A stretch of DNA of 40,653 bases from a virus (lineage: Duplodnaviria > Caudoviricetes), in the IMG/VR virus record IMGVR_UViG_3300005805_000176, positions 1 to 40,653 of that record; one strand, given 5' to 3'. Within the stretch, counting starts at the first letter, position 1, and each line of letters starts with the position of its first letter. The translations under genes and the position numbers were made by a program. Under the pieces are notes generated by a model. The model was not told the DNA's origin. It was given only the letters and a program-made list of their open reading frames with translations, and ran no database searches. Of the stretch, positions 1-6,747 are shown piece after piece.

Positions 1-665
1 CACAAGTCACATGATACACTACCCTTCGTCGGAGTGCAAGTGACAACGCCACGACCGCGACGAATTTCGGGACAAGTGACATACTTCGTATCGTCAATCA
101 CGACCAGTTTGGGCAGAGCCTTACGCCATGCGTCAGCCTTTGCCTTATTCCGTGGACGCTTCTTAGCAATCTTTTCATCGCTATCGCACCACGCAAACAA
201 CTTGAAACCAGCGGCGACCGCCTCGGCCTTATCATTAGCGTTATGGATGCTGGCATATACATTCATATACTTTTCCATAGCCACAAGGCGACTATCATAG
301 ATATGAGTATAGAACCACATATCGGGCAGAGTCTTACCCTCGGCCACAATACTCTCACACGCCCAAACTACATTATCAACGTAGTCGGTGTCGAGTTGAC
401 CATTCAAGAACCAATCGCCACGCTCATGCCAGCGGATAGACTTTCCTTGACGCATAGCGTCCAGAATCATGGCACGAACACGGCCACGCTCAGTAATAAG
501 ATTCTGCATACCAGCAGGACGAACACCGGGATAAATCTTCTCGGTATTTTCAGCATAGCAACCATTGCCAAGAAATGCACAGCCACTAGGGCAAGTGTCA
601 CCAACGGGCCGACTCACGACCAGACAACCCTTACCCAATTTATCATTACCATTAGCAACCTTCAT
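1..665 (-). CDS. Gp88-like (radical-SAM-related, Cys-rich) phage protein, 3' end truncated by window edge
   Basis: Not in the ORF track (no stop in window). Manual translation from ATG 665 (AGGAGG RBS upstream) is open to base 1: MKVANGNDKLGKGC...DTCPSGCAFLGNGCYAE...IRWHERGDWF...WFYTH...TCPE...CDL. The NxKL, TCP..C..CYA and RxHxxGD motifs are typical of phage Gp88-like proteins. Confidence 0.7.
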   Translation of the reverse strand, partial: MKVANGNDKLGKGCLVVSRPVGDTCPSGCAFLGNGCYAENTEKIYPGVRPAGMQNLITERGRVRAMILDAMRQGKSIRWHERGDWFLNGQLDTDYVDNVVWACESIVAEGKTLPDMWFYTHIYDSRLVAMEKYMNVYASIHNANDKAEAVAAGFKLFAWCDSDEKIAKKRPRNKAKADAWRKALPKLVVIDDTKYVTCPEIRRGRGVVTCTPTKGSVSCDL

Positions 666-689
666 AACCGTCCTCCTGTGTGTGCAGTC

Positions 690-730
690 ATTCTACACTA
701 TACATCGGCACAGTCAAGAGGAAATCATGA
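690..730 (-). promoter_or_regulatory. Overlapping sigma70-like (TTGACT-16-TAGAAT) and sigma28-like (TCATG-16-GCCGAT) promoter
   Basis: Motifs read directly upstream of the 665 ATG. Confidence 0.6.
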
Positions 731-747
731 GAAAATATTTATTGACT

Positions 748-825
748 TAAGTGGTTGATACGTAAGGACTTATGGCGAACGCGGCCCGCCCCCTTAGTTC
801 TAAATCCTTGTGCGATAAGGACTTA
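748..825. repeat. 78-bp double-palindrome element, copy 1
   Basis: TAAGTGGTT-gatacgt-AAGGACTTA (748-772), 28-bp spacer with GGCCCGCC, TAAATCCTT-gtgcgat-AAGGACTTA (801-825). Confidence 0.9.
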
Positions 826-996
826 GGAATTTTCGTAGACAAGCTTAACATACTTATCTACAAGTTCAGATACGGCAATTTCGTGAGTAGAGATCAGTTC
901 TTTTATCTGACTTACACTATGCTTGTTCACAGCGGCCATTTTATTCCTGAAAAAATTCAAGATATAAATCATAGCCTTATCACGATCATCAGTCAT
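823..996 (-). CDS. Hypothetical protein (probable start MTDDRDK...)
   Basis: Track ORF 823..1110. The internal ATG overlapping the upstream stop is the more plausible start. The stop codon lies inside the repeat arm. Confidence 0.55.
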   Translation of the reverse strand: MTDDRDKAMIYILNFFRNKMAAVNKHSVSQIKELISTHEIAVSELVDKYVKLVYENS

Positions 997-1303
997 ATAG
1001 CCCCTTAGTGTATTCCTCTGGAATGATTGGACACCAACTCTTTGCTCGTTCTTCATCATATGGATACCAGAATGGAGCGTCACAGGCGTCACAAACACCA
1101 AACGTAGCATTGGTGAATATATGAGAACAAAGCTCTATCACTTTTTCCTCATACACTTTCACACCATTCTCATCATAATAATATGGATTAAATGATCTTT
1201 CTTCATAAGAATAGTGACCGATCCACAGCCCAATGTTGGGACCAAAGTAATAAACCTTTTGTCCTACAGTTGGCGGATTCTTATGAGAGTTATTCCATTC
1301 CAC
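989..1303 (-). CDS. Hypothetical protein
   Basis: 104-aa ORF translationally coupled to its neighbours. Confidence 0.7.
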   Translation of the reverse strand: MEWNNSHKNPPTVGQKVYYFGPNIGLWIGHYSYEERSFNPYYYDENGVKVYEEKVIELCSHIFTNATFGVCDACDAPFWYPYDEERAKSWCPIIPEEYTKGLYD

Positions 1304-1503
1304 TACTTTAATCCTTCTCTTATCATTTGTATGAGATTAGAAGCATCGCCCAAAGCCGCAGATTCAAAATCATTATCAAGATTCTCAGCAACGTTATCCA
1401 GTATATCCTCAATGTTCATTAATGCAATAGCCATATCCTTTGATGACAAATCATCGCTATCAATACTAAGAGCATTGGATATTTGTTTCTTTGTGATTCT
1501 CAT
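1303..1503 (-). CDS. Hypothetical protein
   Basis: 66-aa ORF behind an extended -10 (TGGTATAAT at ~1516-1524). Confidence 0.65.
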   Translation of the reverse strand: MRITKKQISNALSIDSDDLSSKDMAIALMNIEDILDNVAENLDNDFESAALGDASNLIQMIREGLK

Positions 1504-1544
1504 TTCTTTGTCGCAATTATACCATGCTTTATTGGTTGTATTGA

Positions 1545-1679
1545 AGCGTGGACAGGGAATCGCACCCCGTTAGATTGGTATACTATCCCAACGTATAACC
1601 CCGTTAGGCAACCCCACGCTGCATAACAGACCGTAGGTTTATCGTACAGGTTATCCCAATCTAGTCGCTAGACCCACGC
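1545..1679 (-). ncRNA. tRNA-like structured RNA (acceptor stem + T-arm, with a ~90-nt multi-helix insert)
   Basis: GCGTGGG/TCCACGC acceptor stem, CGGGG-TGCGATT-CCCTG T-arm, TAGATTGG/CCAATCTA helix enclosing further stems; lies 36 nt downstream of tRNA-Met. Confidence 0.6.
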
Positions 1680-1714
1680 AATTTACCACCGCAACTCAAA
1701 CGTCAGCCTCCGAA

Positions 1715-1790
1715 TAGGGGAAGTTGGATTCGAACCAACGATCTTCGGCTTATGAGGCCGACGAGAACGACCGAACTTCTCTATTCCCCG
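1715..1790 (-). tRNA. tRNA-Met(CAT), initiator-like
   Basis: Cloverleaf CGGGGAA..GAGA/TCTC..TCGGC-CTCATAA-GCCGA..GTTGG-TTCGAAT-CCAAC-TTCCCCT-A; C1xU72 mismatch and A11:U24. Confidence 0.9.
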
Positions 1791-1945
1791 ACATTATACC
1801 ATTCGTTAGAATCATCGTATATGTTCAACTCTGTATCTTCATCGTCATAGACTTCCTCTATCATATCTTCCTCATATTCTCTATAAGGATCGGCATAGTA
1901 GTCACGGTCGCCCATGACGAATTCGTTGTAAAGAAAGTTGCTCAT
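1781..1945 (-). CDS. Small very acidic protein (54 aa), possible DNA mimic
   Basis: Manual translation MSNFLYNEF...YEEDMIEEVYDDEDTELNIYDDSNEWYNVGE; ATG follows a consensus -10 after a 7-nt gap. Confidence 0.6.
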   Translation of the reverse strand: MSNFLYNEFVMGDRDYYADPYREYEEDMIEEVYDDEDTELNIYDDSNEWYNVGE

Positions 1946-1952
1946 ATATCTT

Positions 1953-1981
1953 ATTATACTTAGTCAGTTGTCTTTTGTCAA
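1953..1981 (-). promoter_or_regulatory. Consensus sigma70 promoter TTGACA-17-TATAAT
   Basis: Perfect -35/-10 hexamers with 17-bp spacing. Confidence 0.8.
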
Positions 1982-1989
1982 GCCCAAAA

Positions 1990-2062
1990 TGCCCCCGCTA
2001 GGAATCGAACCTAGAACCCACGGATTAAAAGTCCGATGCTCTGCCAATTGAGCTACAAGGGC
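1990..2062 (-). tRNA. tRNA-Lys(TTT)
   Basis: GCCCTTG-TA-GCTC..GAGC-A-TCGGA-CTTTTAA-TCCGT..CTAGG-TTCGATT-CCTAG-CGGGGGC-A. Confidence 0.92.
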
Positions 2063-2156
2063 AAATATAAGGGTTATGCCATACTCGGCTTTGCATTTAA
2101 CCGTGGCTTCTTTGATATCATTCTGCCATCGGCCCTTATATATGTATTATATCTTT

Positions 2157-2402
2157 CTACGGCAAGAAGTCAAGCATCTCGTTTCCATTTTCATCTTCAT
2201 AGCCATAAGTGGTATCTTCAACAATTTCTCTAGCCTTTTCCATATACTCATCCATGTCAGACTGTTCTAGCCAGTTATCCAGCAATTCGCTTGCAATTTC
2301 ATCATGAATAAAGTGTAGGAAATCTTCCGGCCAATTCTCTTGGGGCGTAGTATATATCTCACGCAATTGTCTAGCAGTATATTTGTCAAAGATATTAGTC
2401 AT
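2157..2402 (-). CDS. Acidic hypothetical protein
   Basis: 81-aa ORF coupled (ATGA overlap) to the upstream gene. Confidence 0.7.
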   Translation of the reverse strand: MTNIFDKYTARQLREIYTTPQENWPEDFLHFIHDEIASELLDNWLEQSDMDEYMEKAREIVEDTTYGYEDENGNEMLDFLP

Positions 2403-2914
2403 ATATTCTCCTTAGTCCACCAATATGGAGCATCTCGCCCCTTTTCCCATTTCGCAAAACGTCCTTTTTCCATTATATAGTATCGGCGGTAAGAGTCAAC
2501 AGCATTAGACGATCTATACTGTTCTGGCATAGCAAGGGCAAAGTGTGTCATAGCAACGCCGGGAAACGGCATCTTCAACACATCTATCCAATACATCTTA
2601 TCTATACCATCTTCACAGAAATGCCTCTTTTTAAATCTCAATGTATATTCTTTACAAAGTTGTTTGGCATGATTGGTCGCCCACGTATAATTAACCGTAG
2701 AGTCACCAACCCACTTTGTACATGGATGATTGTGGTATCCGCCCTTAAGGGGCTTCCCAGCCTTCGTAACGGGCATCATATCATCTGTAGCACCGTGCCT
2801 ACGCAAAGCACTGCCCAACTGCTGATACAGTTCCACAACCATCTTAGGAATGTGCTTGTCGCAATACATCTCTGCTGCGACTACTGGATGCTCATCTAAT
2901 ACGAATATGTTCAT
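2399..2914 (-). CDS. Pyrimidine-dimer DNA glycosylase/endonuclease V-like protein
   Basis: MNIFVLD..P..AA..CDKH..KM..E..Q.L N-terminus, HNHPC..W, EYT.RF.K.H, AMP.QY and YR.YY..EK..FA.W motifs typical of this phage family. Confidence 0.8.
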   Translation of the reverse strand: MNIFVLDEHPVVAAEMYCDKHIPKMVVELYQQLGSALRRHGATDDMMPVTKAGKPLKGGYHNHPCTKWVGDSTVNYTWATNHAKQLCKEYTLRFKKRHFCEDGIDKMYWIDVLKMPFPGVAMTHFALAMPEQYRSSNAVDSYRRYYIMEKGRFAKWEKGRDAPYWWTKENI

Positions 2915-2920
2915 ATGCTT

Positions 2921-2960
2921 AGTCTACAATATGATCGGCAATTTGTCAAGACTAACTTGA
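2921..2960 (-). promoter_or_regulatory. Overlapping sigma70 (TTGACA-17-TAGACT) and sigma28-like (TCAAG-16-GCCGAT) promoter
   Basis: Read directly; ATG 2914 follows the -10 after a 6-nt gap. Confidence 0.7.
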
Positions 2961-3004
2961 AAATTTTTGTCGCTGGCGCTGACTACTGGTGCGGACTAAT
3001 GACC

Positions 3005-3109
3005 TTAGTCCTTCGGGCAAGACAACTCCCGTTCCGCCCATGCCACCCATTCTTCCCAAACTAACAACTCAACTGTTTCATCTTCGGGCTGCGTGTATTC
3101 CTCACACAT
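3005..3109 (-). CDS. Small acidic Trp-rich peptide (34 aa)
   Basis: Manual translation MCEEYTQPEDETVELLVWEEWVAWAERELSCPKD with GGGGTG RBS-like sequence. Confidence 0.4.
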   Translation of the reverse strand: MCEEYTQPEDETVELLVWEEWVAWAERELSCPKD

Positions 3110-3121
3110 TATATCACCCCT

Positions 3122-3322
3122 TTATTTCATGTCAATATGTACAACCTTGAAATTCGGTTTCATCCAATCTAGAATACTCAGTCCATCTATCTCACACGGA
3201 TATTCTTCCTTACATAATTCTCTTATTTCCGCATCACTCGCCCATGTTTCCTCGTTTGTTTTTTCTATCCAAAATGCCGCTCTTTTCTCACTTGGCTCAA
3301 CTACTAACTTCTTGACTCTCAT
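3122..3322 (-). CDS. Hypothetical protein
   Basis: 66-aa ORF directly behind a promoter. Confidence 0.65.
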   Translation of the reverse strand: MRVKKLVVEPSEKRAAFWIEKTNEETWASDAEIRELCKEEYPCEIDGLSILDWMKPNFKVVHIDMK

Positions 3323-3340
3323 CTTACTCTTTCACCATGC

Positions 3341-3381
3341 AGTATACATACCATATCGGAAACTGTCAAGCATGGTCTTGA
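3341..3381 (-). promoter_or_regulatory. Overlapping sigma70 (TTGACA-17-TATACT) and sigma28-like (TCAAG-16-TCCGATA) promoter
   Basis: Read directly. Confidence 0.7.
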
Positions 3382-3400
3382 AGAAATCCGAAACTCTACA

Positions 3401-3478
3401 TAAGTATATACACTATAAGGACTTACGACAAATCTCGCCCGCCGCCGCCGCCCTAAACCCTTGTGTAGCAAGGACTTA
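3401..3478. repeat. 78-bp double-palindrome element, copy 2
   Basis: TAAGTATAT-acactat-AAGGACTTA, 28-bp spacer with GCCCGCC, TAAACCCTT-gtgtagc-AAGGACTTA. Confidence 0.9.
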
Positions 3479-3507
3479 GAGCGGTTTTGGCGAAGAAAGA
3501 AAGAAGA

Positions 3508-3906
3508 TCAAATCAAACTAGCGAACCTGTACAGAATACCACCAACCGGAACCAACTTGCAATTCTCGACACGATCACTCCAGAACCGGCGATACTCACC
3601 ATTAGGCATGACACAGTTGACAAGCCTACCCTTACGGGCGAACATCGAATCATACTTACGATATCGACTACGCACGTTCAGGTTTTCGATTTCATCATTA
3701 GTCCAAGATTCATTAGAGACAACCTTGGCTAAGAATCGTTCTCTCGTACCAGACAATGGCTGAATATAATCAAAATTATAAACACTATTAGGTTTAGCAT
3801 TCGTGAAATTGGCCCTCATATTCATAAGAAAGAAAGTAGCAACGCAAAGGCCGAACACAGTCAGACCAAAGCAAACAGCCAAAGCAACATCAACATTCAT
3901 CATCAT
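3508..3906 (-). CDS. Hypothetical protein with N-terminal transmembrane segment
   Basis: 132 aa, hydrophobic stretch at residues ~7-29, AGGAG RBS, own promoter. Confidence 0.75.
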   Translation of the reverse strand: MMMNVDVALAVCFGLTVFGLCVATFFLMNMRANFTNAKPNSVYNFDYIQPLSGTRERFLAKVVSNESWTNDEIENLNVRSRYRKYDSMFARKGRLVNCVMPNGEYRRFWSDRVENCKLVPVGGILYRFASLI

Positions 3907-3939
3907 CTAATCAACTCCTAGTGGGAAAACCTTTTCTAC

Positions 3940-3968
3940 ATTCTACAATACGGGCAGGCGGTTGTCAA
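3940..3968 (-). promoter_or_regulatory. sigma70 promoter TTGACA-17-TAGAAT
   Basis: Read directly. Confidence 0.75.
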
Positions 3969-4219
3969 GCCTCAACTGGCTCGTCAACCTCATCATCTTC
4001 AACATCTTCTGAGAAGCAGGCATCGTTGATAGCCTCAATGTCCAAGCCGCTATCGTTATAGGCTACATGGTCAGGAGTTTCAAGCGTACCACAATTCCGC
4101 AGAATATCAACAAACTCATCGTAATTAGCACAGCAACGGGACAAAGTATAGAGTCCTTCATCGTTTCCAATCCAAAGGGCTACATTCCACGTTTCGTAAT
4201 TCTTCCAACCGTTATACAT
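3965..4219 (-). CDS. Conserved phage hypothetical protein (YNGWxNYETW family), acidic tail
   Basis: YNGWKNYETWNVALWIGNDE motif, familiar from phage early genes. Confidence 0.75.
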   Translation of the reverse strand: MYNGWKNYETWNVALWIGNDEGLYTLSRCCANYDEFVDILRNCGTLETPDHVAYNDSGLDIEAINDACFSEDVEDDEVDEPVEA

Positions 4220-4243
4220 CTTTCTTTCTCCTGTGTTGTTCGT

Positions 4244-4285
4244 ATTCTATACTCTATATCGGCAGATGTCAAGGGAGTTTCTTAA
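4244..4285 (-). promoter_or_regulatory. Overlapping sigma70 (TTGACA-17-TAGAAT) and sigma28-like (TTAAG-17-GCCGATA) promoter
   Basis: Read directly. Confidence 0.7.
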
Positions 4286-4508
4286 TTTTTTCCAGCATCT
4301 CCGCAACTTCAGCAAAGTCAAGCCATCCTACCACATCATCCGCGATTGGCGTATCGTAGCAGATTCCGCCGTCCTTAAGGATAGCAACCTCAAACAGTCC
4401 ACTTTTGCCACCATACGTGAATGGCGTAGATACAACGCTGGCACCATAGCCGTTGTCAAATCGATACGTCTTGTGATATCCGTCAAGCATCATCTTCTCC
4501 TCTTTCAC
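4269..4508 (-). CDS. Conserved phage hypothetical protein (FxNGYGASVV family)
   Basis: YRFDNGYGASVV...GLFEVA...YDTPI.DDV.GW motif; true start may be a downstream ATG near 4493. Confidence 0.75.
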   Translation of the reverse strand: MKEEKMMLDGYHKTYRFDNGYGASVVSTPFTYGGKSGLFEVAILKDGGICYDTPIADDVVGWLDFAEVAEMLEKIKKLP

Positions 4509-4511
4509 TCT

Positions 4512-4552
4512 AGTCTATCCTGTATATCGGCAGGCGTCAAGCGAAATCTTTA
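4512..4552 (-). promoter_or_regulatory. Overlapping sigma70 (TTGACG-17-TAGACT) and sigma28-like (TAAAG-16-GCCGATA) promoter
   Basis: Read directly. Confidence 0.7.
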
Positions 4553-4571
4553 GAAAATTTTTTGGTGAACG

Positions 4572-4649
4572 TAAGTGCTTGATAGATAAAGACTTAGAGC
4601 AAATTTTGCCCGCCCGCCGCGTCGTAAGTCCTTACGTGGCAAGGCTTTG
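4572..4649. repeat. 78-bp double-palindrome element, copy 3
   Basis: TAAGTGCTT-gatagat-AAAGACTTA, 28-bp spacer with GCCCGCC, TAAGTCCTT-acgtggc-AAGGCTTTG. Confidence 0.9.
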
Positions 4650-4651
4650 CG

Positions 4652-4723
4652 TCAACTTATAAAGTATGCAAACACCATGCCCATAAGGAAGGCAGTCGTG
4701 ATGATCTTTTGTTCAGCAGTCAT
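4652..4723 (-). CDS. Putative 23-aa membrane peptide
   Basis: MTAEQKIITTAFLMGMVFAYFIS; GGAG RBS; stop abuts the repeat. Confidence 0.35.
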   Translation of the reverse strand: MTAEQKIITTAFLMGMVFAYFIS

Positions 4724-4823
4724 TTTTCTCTCCGTAGATTACTTCGCACAGGGTCCAACAGAAGAACACACCAGATACATATCCTATCGTCATACTGATC
4801 CAATCAAGTTGAATGTATTCCAT
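4713..4823 (-). CDS. Putative 36-aa membrane peptide
   Basis: MEYIQLDWISMTIGYVSGVFFCWTLCEVIYGEKNDC; TGATG-coupled to upstream ORF. Confidence 0.45.
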   Translation of the reverse strand: MEYIQLDWISMTIGYVSGVFFCWTLCEVIYGEKNDC

Positions 4824-5014
4824 CACATTTCCACCCTTTCATATCTGAACGATTCAACCGAACCAACCAAGCTTTCCAAGGCACCCGACACTGCGACGAG
4901 ATGCTCTTGTCGTTCCATTGCACAACTCATGTCATGCTCTGGCACACTCACCACGCAACTGTTGTAGGGCGTACCATCCTCAGTCACAATATCAAAGCAC
5001 TTGTAGGTCAACAT
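4823..5014 (-). CDS. Hypothetical protein
   Basis: 63-aa ORF, TAATG-coupled. Confidence 0.6.
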   Translation of the reverse strand: MLTYKCFDIVTEDGTPYNSCVVSVPEHDMSCAMERQEHLVAVSGALESLVGSVESFRYERVEM

Positions 5015-5268
5015 TAGAAATCTTCTCCGTAGTAGTTGTCATCACCGTAGAACCCATAATCTTCATCTGTTCCCCAACCCGCACTCGCAAGACCGGATTC
5101 ATGATCTCCGTCCATGCTATCATCATAATGGTCAGCCCATGAATCATTGGCTGCGTCTTCCTCGTTTCCATAGAAATCGTTGTAATCGTCATAGTTCTCA
5201 TTCTCAATCATCATGTCATCATCCTCATAGGCGTTGTCTTCATCGAACAGCGGATCAGGGTGACTCAT
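5014..5268 (-). CDS. Extremely acidic protein (84 aa), possible DNA mimic
   Basis: ~30 D/E, no K/R, aromatic-rich; AGGA RBS; own promoter. Confidence 0.75.
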   Translation of the reverse strand: MSHPDPLFDEDNAYEDDDMMIENENYDDYNDFYGNEEDAANDSWADHYDDSMDGDHESGLASAGWGTDEDYGFYGDDNYYGEDF

Positions 5269-5290
5269 AATCGTTTCCTTTCTTTCTTAG

Positions 5291-5326
5291 TTATCGACAT
5301 TATACAGGCCAGACTTTAGTTGTCAA
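5291..5326 (-). promoter_or_regulatory. Overlapping sigma70 (TTGACA-16-TATAAT) and sigma28-like (TAAAG-15-GTCGATAA) promoter
   Basis: Read directly. Confidence 0.75.
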
Positions 5327-5492
5327 GAGAATTTTTTTGAAAAATCGTGTCCAAATAAATCTCCCTATTCGTCACAACCCACCCATATTCACAGGTCGGC
5401 GTATAGGTTCCAATGTACATCTTTCCACTATCGAATCCCTCAAATCCTACCCCATATCCTAACATACTGACCATCATTACGATACTGTACAT
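5316..5492 (-). CDS. Hypothetical 58-aa protein, hydrophobic N-terminus
   Basis: Manual translation MYSIVMMVSMLGYGVGFEGFDSG...; AAGGA RBS; below the track length cut-off. Confidence 0.5.
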   Translation of the reverse strand: MYSIVMMVSMLGYGVGFEGFDSGKMYIGTYTPTCEYGWVVTNREIYLDTIFQKNSLDN

Positions 5493-5527
5493 CTGTTTTT
5501 CCTTAGTGAAATCTTCCTATATATTAG

Positions 5528-5553
5528 ATCGGCAAATTATCTCCGCATCTTGA
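5528..5553 (-). promoter_or_regulatory. Stand-alone sigma28-like promoter TCAAG-15-GCCGAT
   Basis: Same motif as the other copies but without an overlapping TTGACA. Confidence 0.55.
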
Positions 5554-5570
5554 ATAGAAAAATATTTCTC

Positions 5571-5648
5571 TAAGTCTTTATCTGACAAGGGTTTACGACG
5601 AACGCGGCCCGCCGCCCTCGCCCTAAGTCCTTTAGCAGCAAGGGCTTA
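5571..5648. repeat. 78-bp double-palindrome element, copy 4
   Basis: TAAGTCTTT-atctgac-AAGGGTTTA, 28-bp spacer with GGCCCGCC, TAAGTCCTT-tagcagc-AAGGGCTTA. Confidence 0.9.
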
Positions 5649-5651
5649 CGA

Positions 5652-5834
5652 CTAATTCTTAATGGCTCTGTATCTGTTCAGAAGTTCAGTTGCAGCGGCC
5701 TTGATTCCCTCGCACAGAATCTCACGCACCGCACCCCTCTCATTGGGGAGTTGCCATTGTGCTTCTCGCAGCCACAATTGAATGGTGCTAGTGTTCATTT
5801 GTTCAAACGTAGGCTGAAAATAGTTGGGATTCAC
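5652..5834 (-). CDS. Hypothetical protein
   Basis: 60-aa ORF, GTG start with AAGGA RBS; stop abuts the repeat. Confidence 0.6.
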   Translation of the reverse strand: MNPNYFQPTFEQMNTSTIQLWLREAQWQLPNERGAVREILCEGIKAAATELLNRYRAIKN

Positions 5835-5845
5835 TGTTTTTCCTT

Positions 5846-6028
5846 TTAGTTAGTGTACTCTGACTCAGGATAAATTTCACTGAAAATTTCGTCCGCAATC
5901 CCTACAACTTCTGCCCAATCTAGCGGATGACAGTCGCTCTCGTCAATCGGCTCTGCGATAGGCTCTACGATATTCTGATCGGCCAAATCATTGAGAATCC
6001 CGTTGATTGCTTCAAAATCGTACATCAT
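5846..6028 (-). CDS. Acidic hypothetical protein (~60 aa)
   Basis: AAGGAG RBS before ATG 6028 within track ORF 5846..6088; ~16 D/E, no K/R. Confidence 0.65.
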   Translation of the reverse strand: MMYDFEAINGILNDLADQNIVEPIAEPIDESDCHPLDWAEVVGIADEIFSEIYPESEYTN

Positions 6029-6084
6029 TTTCTCCTTACGAAGTTCGCCAACAAAGGACATCATACGCGGGAAGTGTGTCATTG

Positions 6085-6270
6085 TCAACCCCCTAAAGTA
6101 GAAAGATATTCCTGATTGTAGAAAATCACATCTTCCATAGCATCAATCTCACGATAGATCTCTGCACGAATGGACGCAGGCATTCCATCATCCAACCTAT
6201 CACGCAGATCAGCGATCTTCCGCATAGCCCAACTGGTTTCATTCATCACGGTTTCTTTGTCAGTCATCAT
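6085..6270 (-). CDS. Hypothetical protein
   Basis: 61-aa ORF behind TTGTAC-17-TAGATT promoter (6295-6323). Confidence 0.6.
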   Translation of the reverse strand: MMTDKETVMNETSWAMRKIADLRDRLDDGMPASIRAEIYREIDAMEDVIFYNQEYLSTLGG

Positions 6271-6344
6271 CTTCTTTCTCTCTTTCTTCTAACCAATCTA
6301 TCAAACTTTTCCGCCCCGTACAACCCCCTTATCGGGGGATGCGA

Positions 6345-6494
6345 CTAGCACTCTTGAATGTAGTCAGCGTAGCGGTAGCGGCTACGGGCTTCCATCCAAG
6401 CGACCGTGTAGGACTCTGCATACACGAAGCCAAGAAACTCAGTCCGACTATCACAAACCATCCAGCGAATCAACTTTTCCGTTTTCATCATCAT
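6345..6494 (-). CDS. Hypothetical 49-aa protein (downstream of sigma54-type promoter)
   Basis: Manual translation MMMKTEKLIRWMVCDSRTEFLGFVYAESY...; purine-rich leader. Confidence 0.5.
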   Translation of the reverse strand: MMMKTEKLIRWMVCDSRTEFLGFVYAESYTVAWMEARSRYRYADYIQEC

Positions 6495-6521
6495 TCTCTC
6501 TTTCTTTCTATGTCTATATAG

Positions 6522-6646
6522 TGCATACGCCGTGCCAAACCAAAAAGAATTTTTTTGTGCGATTTTCTCGGGATTTACGCATGTATGCCACTATGGCAGT
6601 GTTGCATTATGCTGCACATTGTAGCATTTTGCATTGCATTTTGCAA
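6522..6646 (-). promoter_or_regulatory. sigma54 -24/-12 promoter (TGGCACGGCGTATGCA, 6537-6522) plus upstream GCA-N4-TGC palindromic boxes (6586-6646)
   Basis: Exact GG-N10-GC spacing; repeated TTGCATTTTGCAA-like boxes 50-110 bp upstream. Confidence 0.75.
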
Positions 6647-6653
6647 TTCGTTA

Positions 6654-6731
6654 CAACTCTATATATGACAAGTACTTACGTCGATTTTTGCCCGCCCCGT
6701 TCGTCCTAAGTCCTTTGGCGATAAGGGTTTA
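6654..6731. repeat. 78-bp double-palindrome element, copy 5
   Basis: CAACTCTAT-atatgac-AAGTACTTA, 28-bp spacer with GCCCGCC, TAAGTCCTT-tggcgat-AAGGGTTTA. Confidence 0.85.
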
Positions 6732-6747
6732 TGTCAAATGTGGAGAA

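Noticed and set aside
1545-1679. tmRNA or intron-containing tRNA
   Set aside because: Too short for tmRNA, no G3:U70 and no tag reading frame; no D-arm or reconstructable anticodon loop, and the insert is too small for a group I intron
4667-4682. Third sigma54-like sequence GGGCATGGTGTTTGCA (minus strand)
   Set aside because: Lies inside a small ORF, has no upstream boxes and points straight into a repeat element
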